Origin: a bacterium
GTDB lineage: Bacteria > UBP6 > UBA1177
Direction: 5' to 3'
DNA length: 64,000 bases
NCBI GenBank assembly: GCA_017538365.1
Contig: JAFYIZ010000028.1
Span: 52,962 to 116,961, forward strand
Below the pieces are notes generated by a model. It searched no databases. It saw nothing but the letters and a program-made list of their open reading frames with translations, and had not been told where the DNA came from. Of this stretch, positions 10,007 to 18,431 are shown in pieces. Position 1 is the first letter of the stretch. Every line of letters starts with the position of its first letter. Position numbers and translations under genes: made by a program.

Positions 10007-10016
10007 ACCTCATGCT

Positions 10017-10373
10017 TTATTTGAAGATTCTTGCGAAGACTTTGTCATCCCAGCCGATGACGTAGATTTTGTGCCACGGTGCAGACTGTTTCAGGTTGTA
10101 GAAAACATGAACCCGATAATTCTCTTCGTTGGTGAGAAGCTCGTCTTTAACCGAACTGTCTCCCACGAAAAGTGCCTGAACCTGTTTTACTGAAGTATCG
10201 AAGTCTTTCATGAGCTGATACTTGTTGTCTCCGGTCTTAGTTGCCTGAGCCGGAAGATAGGCCAAAAACAAGTCTTTTGCAGAAATCCCAAAACTCAAAA
10301 GTGAAAGGACGATCAAAACGGCGGCTTTATAGCCAAAATTTTTTTTAAAGTCAAGAAAAAATTTCATTTTCAC
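10017..10373 (-). CDS. Small secreted hypothetical protein (118 aa)
   Basis: ORF with N-terminal signal peptide KAAVLIVLSLLSFGISAKD. No recognisable domain. Confidence 0.45.
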   Translation of the reverse strand: MKMKFFLDFKKNFGYKAAVLIVLSLLSFGISAKDLFLAYLPAQATKTGDNKYQLMKDFDTSVKQVQALFVGDSSVKDELLTNEENYRVHVFYNLKQSAPWHKIYVIGWDDKVFARIFK

Positions 10374-10396
10374 GAAAAAATCTCCGTTTTCTTTAA

Positions 10397-11395
10397 CTAT
10401 TCGCCCTGATTCTGGAGTTCTTTGATTTTTTCTTTGAGAGCTTTTTCTCTTTCCCAGATCTCTTTGAGCTGTTTTCTTGCCTCTTCGTCAGCCTTTTTGG
10501 TGTCTTCGATGAGTTTTTTAAGTCTGTCTCTTTCCTTGTTTTCAGCTACGAGTTCGTCCGGAGTGATGTGAACGCCGTCGATAATGTAGAAGTTGAAGGA
10601 AAGCGGCTGGTCGGGATCCCACTCTTCGGGAATGTCCTTTACGACCGATTTGAAAACCTTTACGGAGTTGGGAAGGAGCGAAGTTCTGAGACCTTCATAT
10701 CTCATATCGGTGACAGGAAGGAAGTTCTCTGCATAGATTACGTCGCCGTTTTTATCTTTGAAACGGACTCTGATGCCGACTCTGATCATATCAAGGTCGC
10801 TGCTGCCGTTGAGGATCGTTCCGGTAAGTTCTGCAAAACCGGGGCGGTCGGGAATCTTTTTACCAGTAATATCATCGATTTTGATGAGTCCTTTGTAGTT
10901 TTTGAGCAGGTTTGCAAGTCTTGCCTGTTCTGCATCACGCTCGGTGATTTCAGCCATAAGAGTCTGAAGTTCGACTTTGAAAGCTTCTCCTTCCTTTACG
11001 ACTCTGACCGTGAAGATGAGCGTTGCGTCTTCATTCATAACGCCTGCCATACGACCCATGTTAGCCGTCTGACCGGTAGCTTCGATGAAAGCCTTGGTTT
11101 CTGCGTCGATAACGATATTTGCACGCGAAGTTCTGATCTCAGTTCCGATTTTGCCTTTGTATGTTGTTGTTGCAAAATCTTTGAAATCTTCGAATGTTAC
11201 GACTTTTTTCATCTCGCTTGAAAGCCAGTTGTCATAAATTTCCTGCAAAGTTCCCTTCTTGCCGTCGGAAGCGTCGCGGACTGCATAAAGATAGCTCTGA
11301 ATGAAAGCGTCGACCTGATCCTGAAGAGATTTCGATTTTTCGCCGCAGCTCAAGAACATCAGCGCTGCAAGCAAGAAAAGCATCAATTTTTTCAT
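10397..11395 (-). CDS. Hypothetical lipoprotein with a C-terminal charged coiled-coil
   Basis: Likely start MKKLMLFLLAALMFLSCGEKS (lipobox). The C-terminus is ENKERDRLKKLIEDTKKADEEARKQLKEIWEREKALKEKIKELQ. Confidence 0.5.
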   Translation of the reverse strand: MKKLMLFLLAALMFLSCGEKSKSLQDQVDAFIQSYLYAVRDASDGKKGTLQEIYDNWLSSEMKKVVTFEDFKDFATTTYKGKIGTEIRTSRANIVIDAETKAFIEATGQTANMGRMAGVMNEDATLIFTVRVVKEGEAFKVELQTLMAEITERDAEQARLANLLKNYKGLIKIDDITGKKIPDRPGFAELTGTILNGSSDLDMIRVGIRVRFKDKNGDVIYAENFLPVTDMRYEGLRTSLLPNSVKVFKSVVKDIPEEWDPDQPLSFNFYIIDGVHITPDELVAENKERDRLKKLIEDTKKADEEARKQLKEIWEREKALKEKIKELQNQGE

Positions 11396-11441
11396 AATTC
11401 CTCCTGAAAAAGTAAAAAAACAATGTTGCGCGAACATATTA

Positions 11442-13391
11442 TCACTTTAAATATAAGTCAAGAATATAATAACCTTTGATATTCATTGCCGAAATATTGG
11501 AACTTTCGCTCATGAACGGCGTGATTTTTATCGAATATGTTTCTCCGGCTTTCACTTTGCGGGTAATGAAACTGTATTTGTTGAAGTGAAGAGTGGATAT
11601 CATGTCGTCGGAAGTGCCGATTTCAACGCCGTCATGCAGCAGAGTCATCACGGTATCGATATCGAAACTTGTCGATTCGCGGTCAGGACTTGTCGAAATA
11701 TAGACGGTTCCGTCGCGTTCCGCTGTAAATTCGAAAGTGTTCTCGTAAAAATCACTGTCGGTATCGAAATATCCGAAATAAGCTTTGTCAGTCGAAATTT
11801 TTACCGGGTTTTTGTCGGTTCCGTGACTCCATTTTTCAGGTTTCGAGATAATTTCTTCAATCGAAAGAGTCAGTTTCTCACCTGAATTCTGCTCGCATTC
11901 GTTGATAAAAAGTCCGAAAACGAGAGTTTCAGTCAACTCGTATTTTCTTGAAAAAAAGCGGACTGTTTCAGCGGGATCGGGCATTGCAAACGGCAGCAGG
12001 TCACGGTCAAAAATGTAGAGTCCTGCAAGATTTTCAGGCACAGAAAGAGTGATTTCTGCAAGATTTTTTTCTTTGTCGGCAATCCACTTGAAAAATTTCC
12101 AGCCGCAGTCGGGAAGTTCAATCTCAAGCTTGCCGGCGGATGAATCGAAAGTTTCGATTTTTGTCTCTCTGCTGATTTCAAGAGAGTAGGGAACGTCGCT
12201 TCCCAAAAGGTCGAGGTAAATATCTCCGTTGAAAGGCGCGAGCATGTTGATGTTGTGTGTTTCGATGCCGCTCAGCATGTTTGCACGCAGTGCGATAAGG
12301 CCGCTTCCGGTTATGTTGTACGAAGATCCCCAGATTTCGGCAATAAAAGGATTCGGATTTTCGGGAGTGATTTTTATGGAAAGAATATCACCCTTTTCGA
12401 CTTTGAATCTGAACCAGTCTTCGTCGTCGCTCTCAACGCCCAAAATATTTTTCTTTTCAGTGTCCAAATATCCGGAAATATTGGCCGAATCGGTGATGTT
12501 TGCATAGTCGAAGGTGTCGTTCGGTTCAAGTTCCTTTGATTCCGGCTGCTGCGTGAAGGAGACACTGAAAACCTCGTCCTCAGTTTCGTCGAGATCGAGG
12601 AGCATTCTGCCGGTCACGAGAAGATGCCGCAGATTTCCTTCAAGTCTGGAATAGATGAGCGGGTCGATTTTATTGCTGTAGTAGTCTTCATCGTCGTTTC
12701 CTGCGACGATTTCGCGGCTTCCGCAGTTCATGACAAAAGAAAATTTGTTGCTTTTCATATTTTTCGAGTCGACATTCATCTGGTAGAGCGCGCTTTTTTC
12801 AAAAACCGGTTCGAGAATGTCAATATGCTTGCCTGATTGCGAGAAAACTCTTTCAACTGTTGAATTTAATTTGATTTTTTCATAGTTGTCAGCGTCGCAT
12901 ATATGACTTGTTATCACTCTGAAATAATATTTGAATCCACCGACTTTCTTCTCTTCACCTGTGTTTCTTTTGTCGCCTATTTCAAAATAGTTCCAGCCGT
13001 CGGCAGTCGTTACGAAAGTTGCCCTGCGTTTTCCCGGAACTTTGAAAACCGCGAAAGTGTAGTTGCCAAGATTGTCGTTGTGAGCGATGTACGGCTCGAA
13101 ATTTTCTTCTCTGCTTTCAAACTCAAAAGTGATAAGAGTTCCGGAGGGCAGCCAAATCTTGAAAATGTCTGTATCGGCTGAATTTCCCTTGGGTTTTGCA
13201 ATTTCTGCGGCGTAAATGTTTCCTTCAGAAATTTCGAAAGCCGGAAAATCGTTAGGTTCGACTTCGTATATATATTCGGCAGAATCAACGTATTTCGTAT
13301 GTTCGCAGCCGGCAACAAGCGGCAGAAACAATAAAAAATAGAAATATTTCAAAAATTTTAGAGTCAAACAGCCTGCTCCGCAACAAATCAA
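11442..13391 (-). CDS. Secreted/lipoprotein hypothetical protein (649 aa) with two pre-peptidase C-terminal (PPC)-like domains
   Basis: Signal with lipobox FLPLVAGC. Two segments begin EPND..., each followed by a D.DWF.F-type signature: EVEPNDFPAFEISEG... and LEPNDTFDYANI...DEDWFRFKVEKGDILSIKI. Confidence 0.5.
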   Translation of the reverse strand: MICCGAGCLTLKFLKYFYFLLFLPLVAGCEHTKYVDSAEYIYEVEPNDFPAFEISEGNIYAAEIAKPKGNSADTDIFKIWLPSGTLITFEFESREENFEPYIAHNDNLGNYTFAVFKVPGKRRATFVTTADGWNYFEIGDKRNTGEEKKVGGFKYYFRVITSHICDADNYEKIKLNSTVERVFSQSGKHIDILEPVFEKSALYQMNVDSKNMKSNKFSFVMNCGSREIVAGNDDEDYYSNKIDPLIYSRLEGNLRHLLVTGRMLLDLDETEDEVFSVSFTQQPESKELEPNDTFDYANITDSANISGYLDTEKKNILGVESDDEDWFRFKVEKGDILSIKITPENPNPFIAEIWGSSYNITGSGLIALRANMLSGIETHNINMLAPFNGDIYLDLLGSDVPYSLEISRETKIETFDSSAGKLEIELPDCGWKFFKWIADKEKNLAEITLSVPENLAGLYIFDRDLLPFAMPDPAETVRFFSRKYELTETLVFGLFINECEQNSGEKLTLSIEEIISKPEKWSHGTDKNPVKISTDKAYFGYFDTDSDFYENTFEFTAERDGTVYISTSPDRESTSFDIDTVMTLLHDGVEIGTSDDMISTLHFNKYSFITRKVKAGETYSIKITPFMSESSNISAMNIKGYYILDLYLK

Positions 13392-13541
13392 CGTTATTAT
13401 TCAGATAAATCACCGAAAGTAAATATAAACTGCGGATTTTGGAGACCTGAAAAAAGGAATGTGATTTTTGTTTATCTTTTATGTTTACAAATAATGTAAT
13501 TTCGCTAAAATAATGCGGCTTTTTTTTATGAGGAGAAAAAA

Positions 13542-14561
13542 ATGAAGTTTTCAGCTTTAATTTCAGTTTTGTTTCTTTCCTTCGTTTTTGTTGCCTGTGT
13601 ATCAGACGAAGATGAAGAAATGCGTTGTATCACCTCTATGGATTGTCCTGACGGTTATACCTGTGCAAATTCTGTCTGCCAGCCGCCGGTTGCTGCCGAG
13701 ACGGATGCTGATGCTCAGAATGATAATGAAACGCAAGATTCCGACACTTCTGTATCCCAAGACGATTCCGGCAGCGTAGATGCCGACAATGTTGTGTCGG
13801 GAGATGATGACGTTTCGCCGGTTGAAGATGACGATGTTTTGGATGATTCGGACGATTCAGATGATTCGACTGAAGAACTGCCTGATGACGTTTCTGCGAC
13901 CGACAATGACGTGGTTGATGAAACTCCTGACGAAGTTACTGTGCTGGAATGTCCGAACAACTGCAGTAATCACGGTGACTGTGACACAGCAACCGGAGTA
14001 TGCACCTGCACAGACAACCATGACGGTGCGGACTGTTCAGAGTGCAAAACCGGATATACGAACAACGGCGGCACATGTGTTCAGAAACAGTGCGACACAA
14101 ATAAATGTTGGACATCCCACAGTTGCACATATCCTATCAGCAGCATTTTTACAAGCACTGAAACTATTTATGCCCACGGAAATTGCGATAACAATACTGG
14201 TGAATGTCAATGTGAAAGCGGCTGGCTTACTGCCAATAACGGAACGGGGGAAACTTTAACCTGCGGTACGGATTATGAAACTTTCGAACCGTTTGAAACT
14301 CTTAACAACATTCAGTGCACAGTCTGCGACAAAAACAATCCGCCGTCACAATATGCTTCAACAGGCTGTCCGACAAACTGCCCGTCTTTGTTTTGCAGCA
14401 ACGCTTTGTTGATAGATACTGGTTCGGGCACCTGTTACTATGAACCTACCGGTTCCCACAGATTATATTGCAAATGTGCATCAGGTTATACGATAAGCGG
14501 CAGCGAATACTACGATGCAAATCCTATGGGAATGTGCAATTCTGAATCGTCTGGCGAATAA
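13542..14561 (+). CDS. Cys-rich secreted lipoprotein with an acidic stretch and EGF/tenascin-like Cys repeats
   Basis: MKFSALISVLFLSFVFVACVSDEDEE lipobox. Acidic D/S-rich linker. CSNHGDCDTATGVCTCTDNHDGADCSECKTGYTNNGGTCVQKQC. Confidence 0.55.
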   Translation: MKFSALISVLFLSFVFVACVSDEDEEMRCITSMDCPDGYTCANSVCQPPVAAETDADAQNDNETQDSDTSVSQDDSGSVDADNVVSGDDDVSPVEDDDVLDDSDDSDDSTEELPDDVSATDNDVVDETPDEVTVLECPNNCSNHGDCDTATGVCTCTDNHDGADCSECKTGYTNNGGTCVQKQCDTNKCWTSHSCTYPISSIFTSTETIYAHGNCDNNTGECQCESGWLTANNGTGETLTCGTDYETFEPFETLNNIQCTVCDKNNPPSQYASTGCPTNCPSLFCSNALLIDTGSGTCYYEPTGSHRLYCKCASGYTISGSEYYDANPMGMCNSESSGE

Positions 14562-14669
14562 CTCTCTGATTTAATTAAAAAACCCAAACATGTTTCTGCT
14601 TTTTTTATCGGTTTTAACAATCGGAAAACTATATTTCTGCAAAAAACAATCAAGGTTTTGAATTTTTTC

Positions 14670-14697
14670 TTGACCTTGAAAAATCAAGGTATATAAT
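14670..14697 (+). promoter_or_regulatory. Candidate lexA promoter (-35 TTGACC, 16-nt spacer, -10 TATAAT) overlapped by a perfect 7-4-7 palindrome ACCTTGA-AAAA-TCAAGGT; candidate LexA operator
   Basis: TTGACC at 14670-14675 and TATAAT at 14692-14697. Palindrome at 14673-14690. An extra TCAAGGT half-site lies at 14651-14657. lexA starts at 14731. Confidence 0.45.
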
Positions 14698-14730
14698 TGC
14701 CTGGATTTATGTTTTTTTGTGAGGTGAAAA

Positions 14731-15378
14731 ATGACAGTTTCAAGACAAAACGGACTTACCGAATCCCAGGCTAAAGTTTTGAAGACAGTTTCCGATTTTA
14801 TTGCTGAAAACGGCTATTCTCCGACCGCAAAAGAGATTTCCGAGATTCTGAACATTACGCAGACTTCGGTTTTCGAACAGTTGGAACGGCTTGAAAAAAA
14901 GAGGTATATAACCAGACAGAAAGGTGCCGCAAGAACTATCGGCATACTTAATCAGCCTGAAAATGAAAAGCCTGTTAAAAAAAGTGACTCTGTGAAACTT
15001 GTGAAAGTTCCGATCATCGGAACGATTGCTGCCGGTGCTCCGATTTTTGCAGACGAAAATATGGAAGGGGAGATCCTGGTCGATGAAAGCAACATCGGAA
15101 AAGGAAGGTTCTTTGCTCTCAGAGTCCGCGGCGACAGTATGATAAATGCCGGAATAAACAACGGTGATTTAGTCATAATAAAACGCCAGCCCCTTGCTGA
15201 AAACGGTGATATTATCGCTGCTTTGATTGACAGCGAGGCTACTTTAAAACGTCTTTCACTCAGCAACGATGAAGTTTTTCTGCTTCCCGAAAACGAAAAA
15301 TATTCTCCGATAAACGTTACCTGCCGTGAAGATTTCAAAATTTTAGGCAAAATGGTGACAACCGTAACGGTTTTGTGA
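14731..15378 (+). CDS. lexA: LexA repressor (SOS regulator, S24 peptidase)
   Basis: 215 aa. N-terminal winged HTH. Cleavage site AAG in VKVPIIGTIAAGAPI. FALRVRGDSMINAGINNGDLVIIKRQ (Ser nucleophile in GDSM) and GDIIAALIDSEATLKRL (catalytic Lys). Confidence 0.9.
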   Translation: MTVSRQNGLTESQAKVLKTVSDFIAENGYSPTAKEISEILNITQTSVFEQLERLEKKRYITRQKGAARTIGILNQPENEKPVKKSDSVKLVKVPIIGTIAAGAPIFADENMEGEILVDESNIGKGRFFALRVRGDSMINAGINNGDLVIIKRQPLAENGDIIAALIDSEATLKRLSLSNDEVFLLPENEKYSPINVTCREDFKILGKMVTTVTVL

Positions 15379-15397
15379 GAAAAAACCGCAACTTCTT

Positions 15398-15425
15398 TTG
15401 ACAACCTTATAAATACTGCTAATAT
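15398..15425 (+). promoter_or_regulatory. Candidate sigma70-type promoter for the downstream OMP gene
   Basis: TTGACA at 15398-15403, 16-nt spacer, TAATAT at 15420-15425. RBS gaggtg precedes the ATG at 15455. Confidence 0.35.
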
Positions 15426-15454
15426 TAGCGGTTTTTTTGTGAGGTGTGAAAATT

Positions 15455-16924
15455 ATGAACAATTTTGTCAAGAGTTTATTCGTTTTAATTTTCCTTTCAT
15501 TCCAGTTGTTGCTCGTTGCCGAAGAAGCAGAGTCAAAAGAGGCTTCGACGCCTGCTGATGCGGTTTCTGCACAGTCGGATGAACAGAATCCTTCTGTCGA
15601 AAGTAAACCTGCCAAGAAGGATGACCGAGGTTTTGTTTTCGGTTCTTACGGCAGAGTTCAGCCTGCGACTGATCTTCGCGGAGGCTCTCCGAAGTGGGTG
15701 AATATAGTCGGTCACGGCAGCAGGCTTGAGCAAAGCAGCTATGTAGAACTCGATTTTGCTTATCTTCTCCCGCAGATTGGCGACAACGGTCCGAAGTTTG
15801 ACTTTGTTTCGACTCTCGCTTTTTCAGAATCGCTTTTTCACGATAACGGCAAATGGATCGCGCTGAATACGGTTAGAAACCTTTTTGTCAGAGCTGAAAA
15901 CGTTTTTGTAAAACCGCTCGGTTTCTGGGTTGGAAGCAGAATGTACCGCGGCGATGACATCTATCTCCTGGATTTCTGGCCTCTTGACGACGACAATATT
16001 TACGGCGGCGGCGTAACTCTTCACTTCGATGATTTTGCTCTTGAATACTATTTCGGTTTCAACCGTCTCGAAGTTGACTGGCAGTACCAGGAGCAGGAAG
16101 TCGTTTCAAGCACTTTCGGCTCAGAAAGCATAACATGGATGGACAGGCAGCGTATCGTTACCGGTCTCAAATATATGCAGAGATACAATGTTACCGAAAA
16201 AATAGGCTTGAAATGGAAGCTCATCGGTGAATTTCAGAGGATAAGTGCCGGTGAAAAGAGCAACGATCCTCTTGATGAGGACAATTCGATAGTTTATCCC
16301 GAAGATTTCGGCTGGTCGCTTGGCGCTCAACTGGGTCTTTTCGGCTATGCAAAGAACAGTTTTACCGATATTTTCTTCAAATACTCCGGAGGTCTTGCGG
16401 CTTACGGTCTCATGAGCGTTCCGTGGGGATTCGATTCAAAATACAAAACCAAGGATGCCAGAGAGATTCTTTTTGCAATTACATCCAATCTTGAAATCGG
16501 CTGGTTCGGCGCGATTTTCGGCGGTTATGTCCGTTCTTTCAGGGATTCAGACGGCAACAAATACGACAATGACGATTTTGTCGAATACACTTTTTCGCTC
16601 CGTCCGCACTTCTTTATCCATGAAAACTTCTATCTTGCTTTCGAAGTATCGCATCAGCTCAAGGATATGAACGGTCTGACAAATCTGAATAACGGCAAAA
16701 CCAAAAGCATTATGCCGCAGGTTACGAAATTCTCGCTTATTCCGATAGTTACTTACGGCGGCGGAAACTACGGCAGACCTCAGCTTCGTCTGGTTTACAC
16801 TCTTGCAGTTCAGAATGACGATGCCCGCTACTCCTACAACAAAGAGGATTTCCGTGCGAAACATTCCGTTCTTCATTATTTCGGTTTGAGCGCTGAATGG
16901 TGGTTCAATGTCGATCACAGATGA
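15455..16924 (+). CDS. Outer-membrane beta-barrel (porin-like) protein, function unknown
   Basis: Signal peptide MNNFVKSLFVLIFLSFQLLLVAEEA. Alternating aromatic/hydrophilic beta-strand pattern. C-terminal WWFNVDHR with a terminal aromatic region typical of OMPs. I chose the ATG at 15455 with RBS over the GTG at 15446. Confidence 0.55.
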   Translation: MNNFVKSLFVLIFLSFQLLLVAEEAESKEASTPADAVSAQSDEQNPSVESKPAKKDDRGFVFGSYGRVQPATDLRGGSPKWVNIVGHGSRLEQSSYVELDFAYLLPQIGDNGPKFDFVSTLAFSESLFHDNGKWIALNTVRNLFVRAENVFVKPLGFWVGSRMYRGDDIYLLDFWPLDDDNIYGGGVTLHFDDFALEYYFGFNRLEVDWQYQEQEVVSSTFGSESITWMDRQRIVTGLKYMQRYNVTEKIGLKWKLIGEFQRISAGEKSNDPLDEDNSIVYPEDFGWSLGAQLGLFGYAKNSFTDIFFKYSGGLAAYGLMSVPWGFDSKYKTKDAREILFAITSNLEIGWFGAIFGGYVRSFRDSDGNKYDNDDFVEYTFSLRPHFFIHENFYLAFEVSHQLKDMNGLTNLNNGKTKSIMPQVTKFSLIPIVTYGGGNYGRPQLRLVYTLAVQNDDARYSYNKEDFRAKHSVLHYFGLSAEWWFNVDHR

Positions 16925-17000
16925 TTTTGAAAAAAATTCAGAATATTCGGTTTATGCGTATAATAAGTCGTTTTTTTGTTTGTTAAATTGAGGTCAAATC

Positions 17001-17378
17001 ATGAAATTGGTTAAAAAGTTACTTTTTATTTTTCTCATAGCTCTGATTGCGGTGATGATTGCTTATTTTGCGAGAGTTAACGATACGAATGTCACTCTCA
17101 ATCTGATTTTTGTCTCTGTAAAGGATATTCAGCTCTGGCTGCTTTCCCTTTTCTGCTTTCTCGCAGGTGTTATTTTTTCGGTTATGGCCGTATTCATTGA
17201 CATTATGTTCATGTCCGGCAACGAAAGGAAGCTGCGCAAGGAGTTGAAAAAGCTTAAATCAGAGCTTATTGCAGTCCGCAACGAAAAGTTGGCCGATATC
17301 GACGATTCTACTTTTGCCGAAAACGGTGAAAAACTTCCTGCAACAGATATCGAAAAAGAAAATCAGGAACAAAATTAG
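17001..17378 (+). CDS. lapA: LapA-like (DUF1049) inner-membrane protein
   Basis: 125 aa. Two transmembrane helices followed by a charged coiled-coil RKLRKELKKLKSELIAVRNEK. Sits immediately upstream of the lapB-like gene. Confidence 0.5.
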   Translation: MKLVKKLLFIFLIALIAVMIAYFARVNDTNVTLNLIFVSVKDIQLWLLSLFCFLAGVIFSVMAVFIDIMFMSGNERKLRKELKKLKSELIAVRNEKLADIDDSTFAENGEKLPATDIEKENQEQN

Positions 17379-17387
17379 GAGTTTACC

Positions 17388-18431
17388 TTGTGGTTTTTCG
17401 ATCGTTTAAGGAAAAAGAGCAAAAAATATACTTCGACTTATAAATTCCCGATAGAAATTCAGGATTTTTTCGATGCTCTGCGTGACTGCCATCTGAACAA
17501 CCGTCCTGAATATTTTGCCAAGCTTAAAAAACTTGCCGGAAATTATCCCGAAGAGCCGATATTCTGGCTTTTTGCCGGAGACGTTCTGCGTGACAAAAAC
17601 CCTGAAAAGGCGTTGGAACTTCATCGAGACGTTCTTTTCAGACCTGTGACGGCGGGTGTTTTCCGTGCAATGGTTTTGGAGCACATCGCACGTGACTACA
17701 TAGTCATGAAACAGAACAAAAAGGCTGTTTCGGTGCTGAAAGATGCGGTAAAATGCGCCGATTATGCTCCGGCTGCGCTCCTGCTTTCCGAGGTTTACGA
17801 GGCGGAAGGCGACTATGAAGCGGGACTTGAAGAGATCAAAAGATACATTTCGCTTACCGACCCTAAGAATGAAGCGCTTATGGTGCGTTACTGCGCCAGA
17901 GCCGTAAATCATTTTTTCAGGTTGCGTGGAAATGACAAAAACGGTGCGTTGAAATGGCTCTCGCTTTTTTCAAAAAAGTGCGGAGACGGCGGGCAGTCGC
18001 TTTTTGCAGATTATCTTTCGGTTCTTATAAATTCGAATGTGAAGAAAAGTTCTGAGTATCTTAAAAAAATTGTCGACCTCGGGGAAAATTACGAAATTTC
18101 CGCCCGCTCGCTTCTTCTTAATTTCGAAAACGGCAGCGAGATAAATTACGGTGTCGAAGGTGCTTATAAAGAGTTGTTCCATGTGATTTTCAACAAAAAT
18201 CTCAAATATGATGAGAAAAATTCAGGTATTGCTTCGGAAACGCTTGCGGCTCACAAATTAACCGTCAGAAATTCACTTGCCGGTGATTTCAATATCCTTG
18301 ATGCGGCGATTCCGGATCGTTCTCTGTTTGTTTGCAGTGAATGCGGCAGACATTTGGTCGAAATTTCACCGGTGTGTCCGGCTTGTCAGAAAATAACTGG
18401 TAGAAAATTCAAAATAAATCAGGAGGTTTAG
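17388..18431 (+). CDS. lapB: LapB (YciM)-like LPS assembly regulator: TPR repeats plus a C-terminal rubredoxin-type zinc ribbon
   Basis: 347 aa. TPR-like helical repeats. C-terminal CSECGRHLVEISPVCPACQK (CxxC-x9-CxxC). TTG start at 17388. Confidence 0.65.
   Translation: MWFFDRLRKKSKKYTSTYKFPIEIQDFFDALRDCHLNNRPEYFAKLKKLAGNYPEEPIFWLFAGDVLRDKNPEKALELHRDVLFRPVTAGVFRAMVLEHIARDYIVMKQNKKAVSVLKDAVKCADYAPAALLLSEVYEAEGDYEAGLEEIKRYISLTDPKNEALMVRYCARAVNHFFRLRGNDKNGALKWLSLFSKKCGDGGQSLFADYLSVLINSNVKKSSEYLKKIVDLGENYEISARSLLLNFENGSEINYGVEGAYKELFHVIFNKNLKYDEKNSGIASETLAAHKLTVRNSLAGDFNILDAAIPDRSLFVCSECGRHLVEISPVCPACQKITGRKFKINQEV

Noticed and set aside
15381-15438. aaaaaccgc...gcggttttttt inverted repeat after lexA as a possible terminator
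   Set aside because: The stem is only 4-5 bp with a 38-nt loop that contains the downstream gene's -35/-10 elements. It is not a credible intrinsic terminator.
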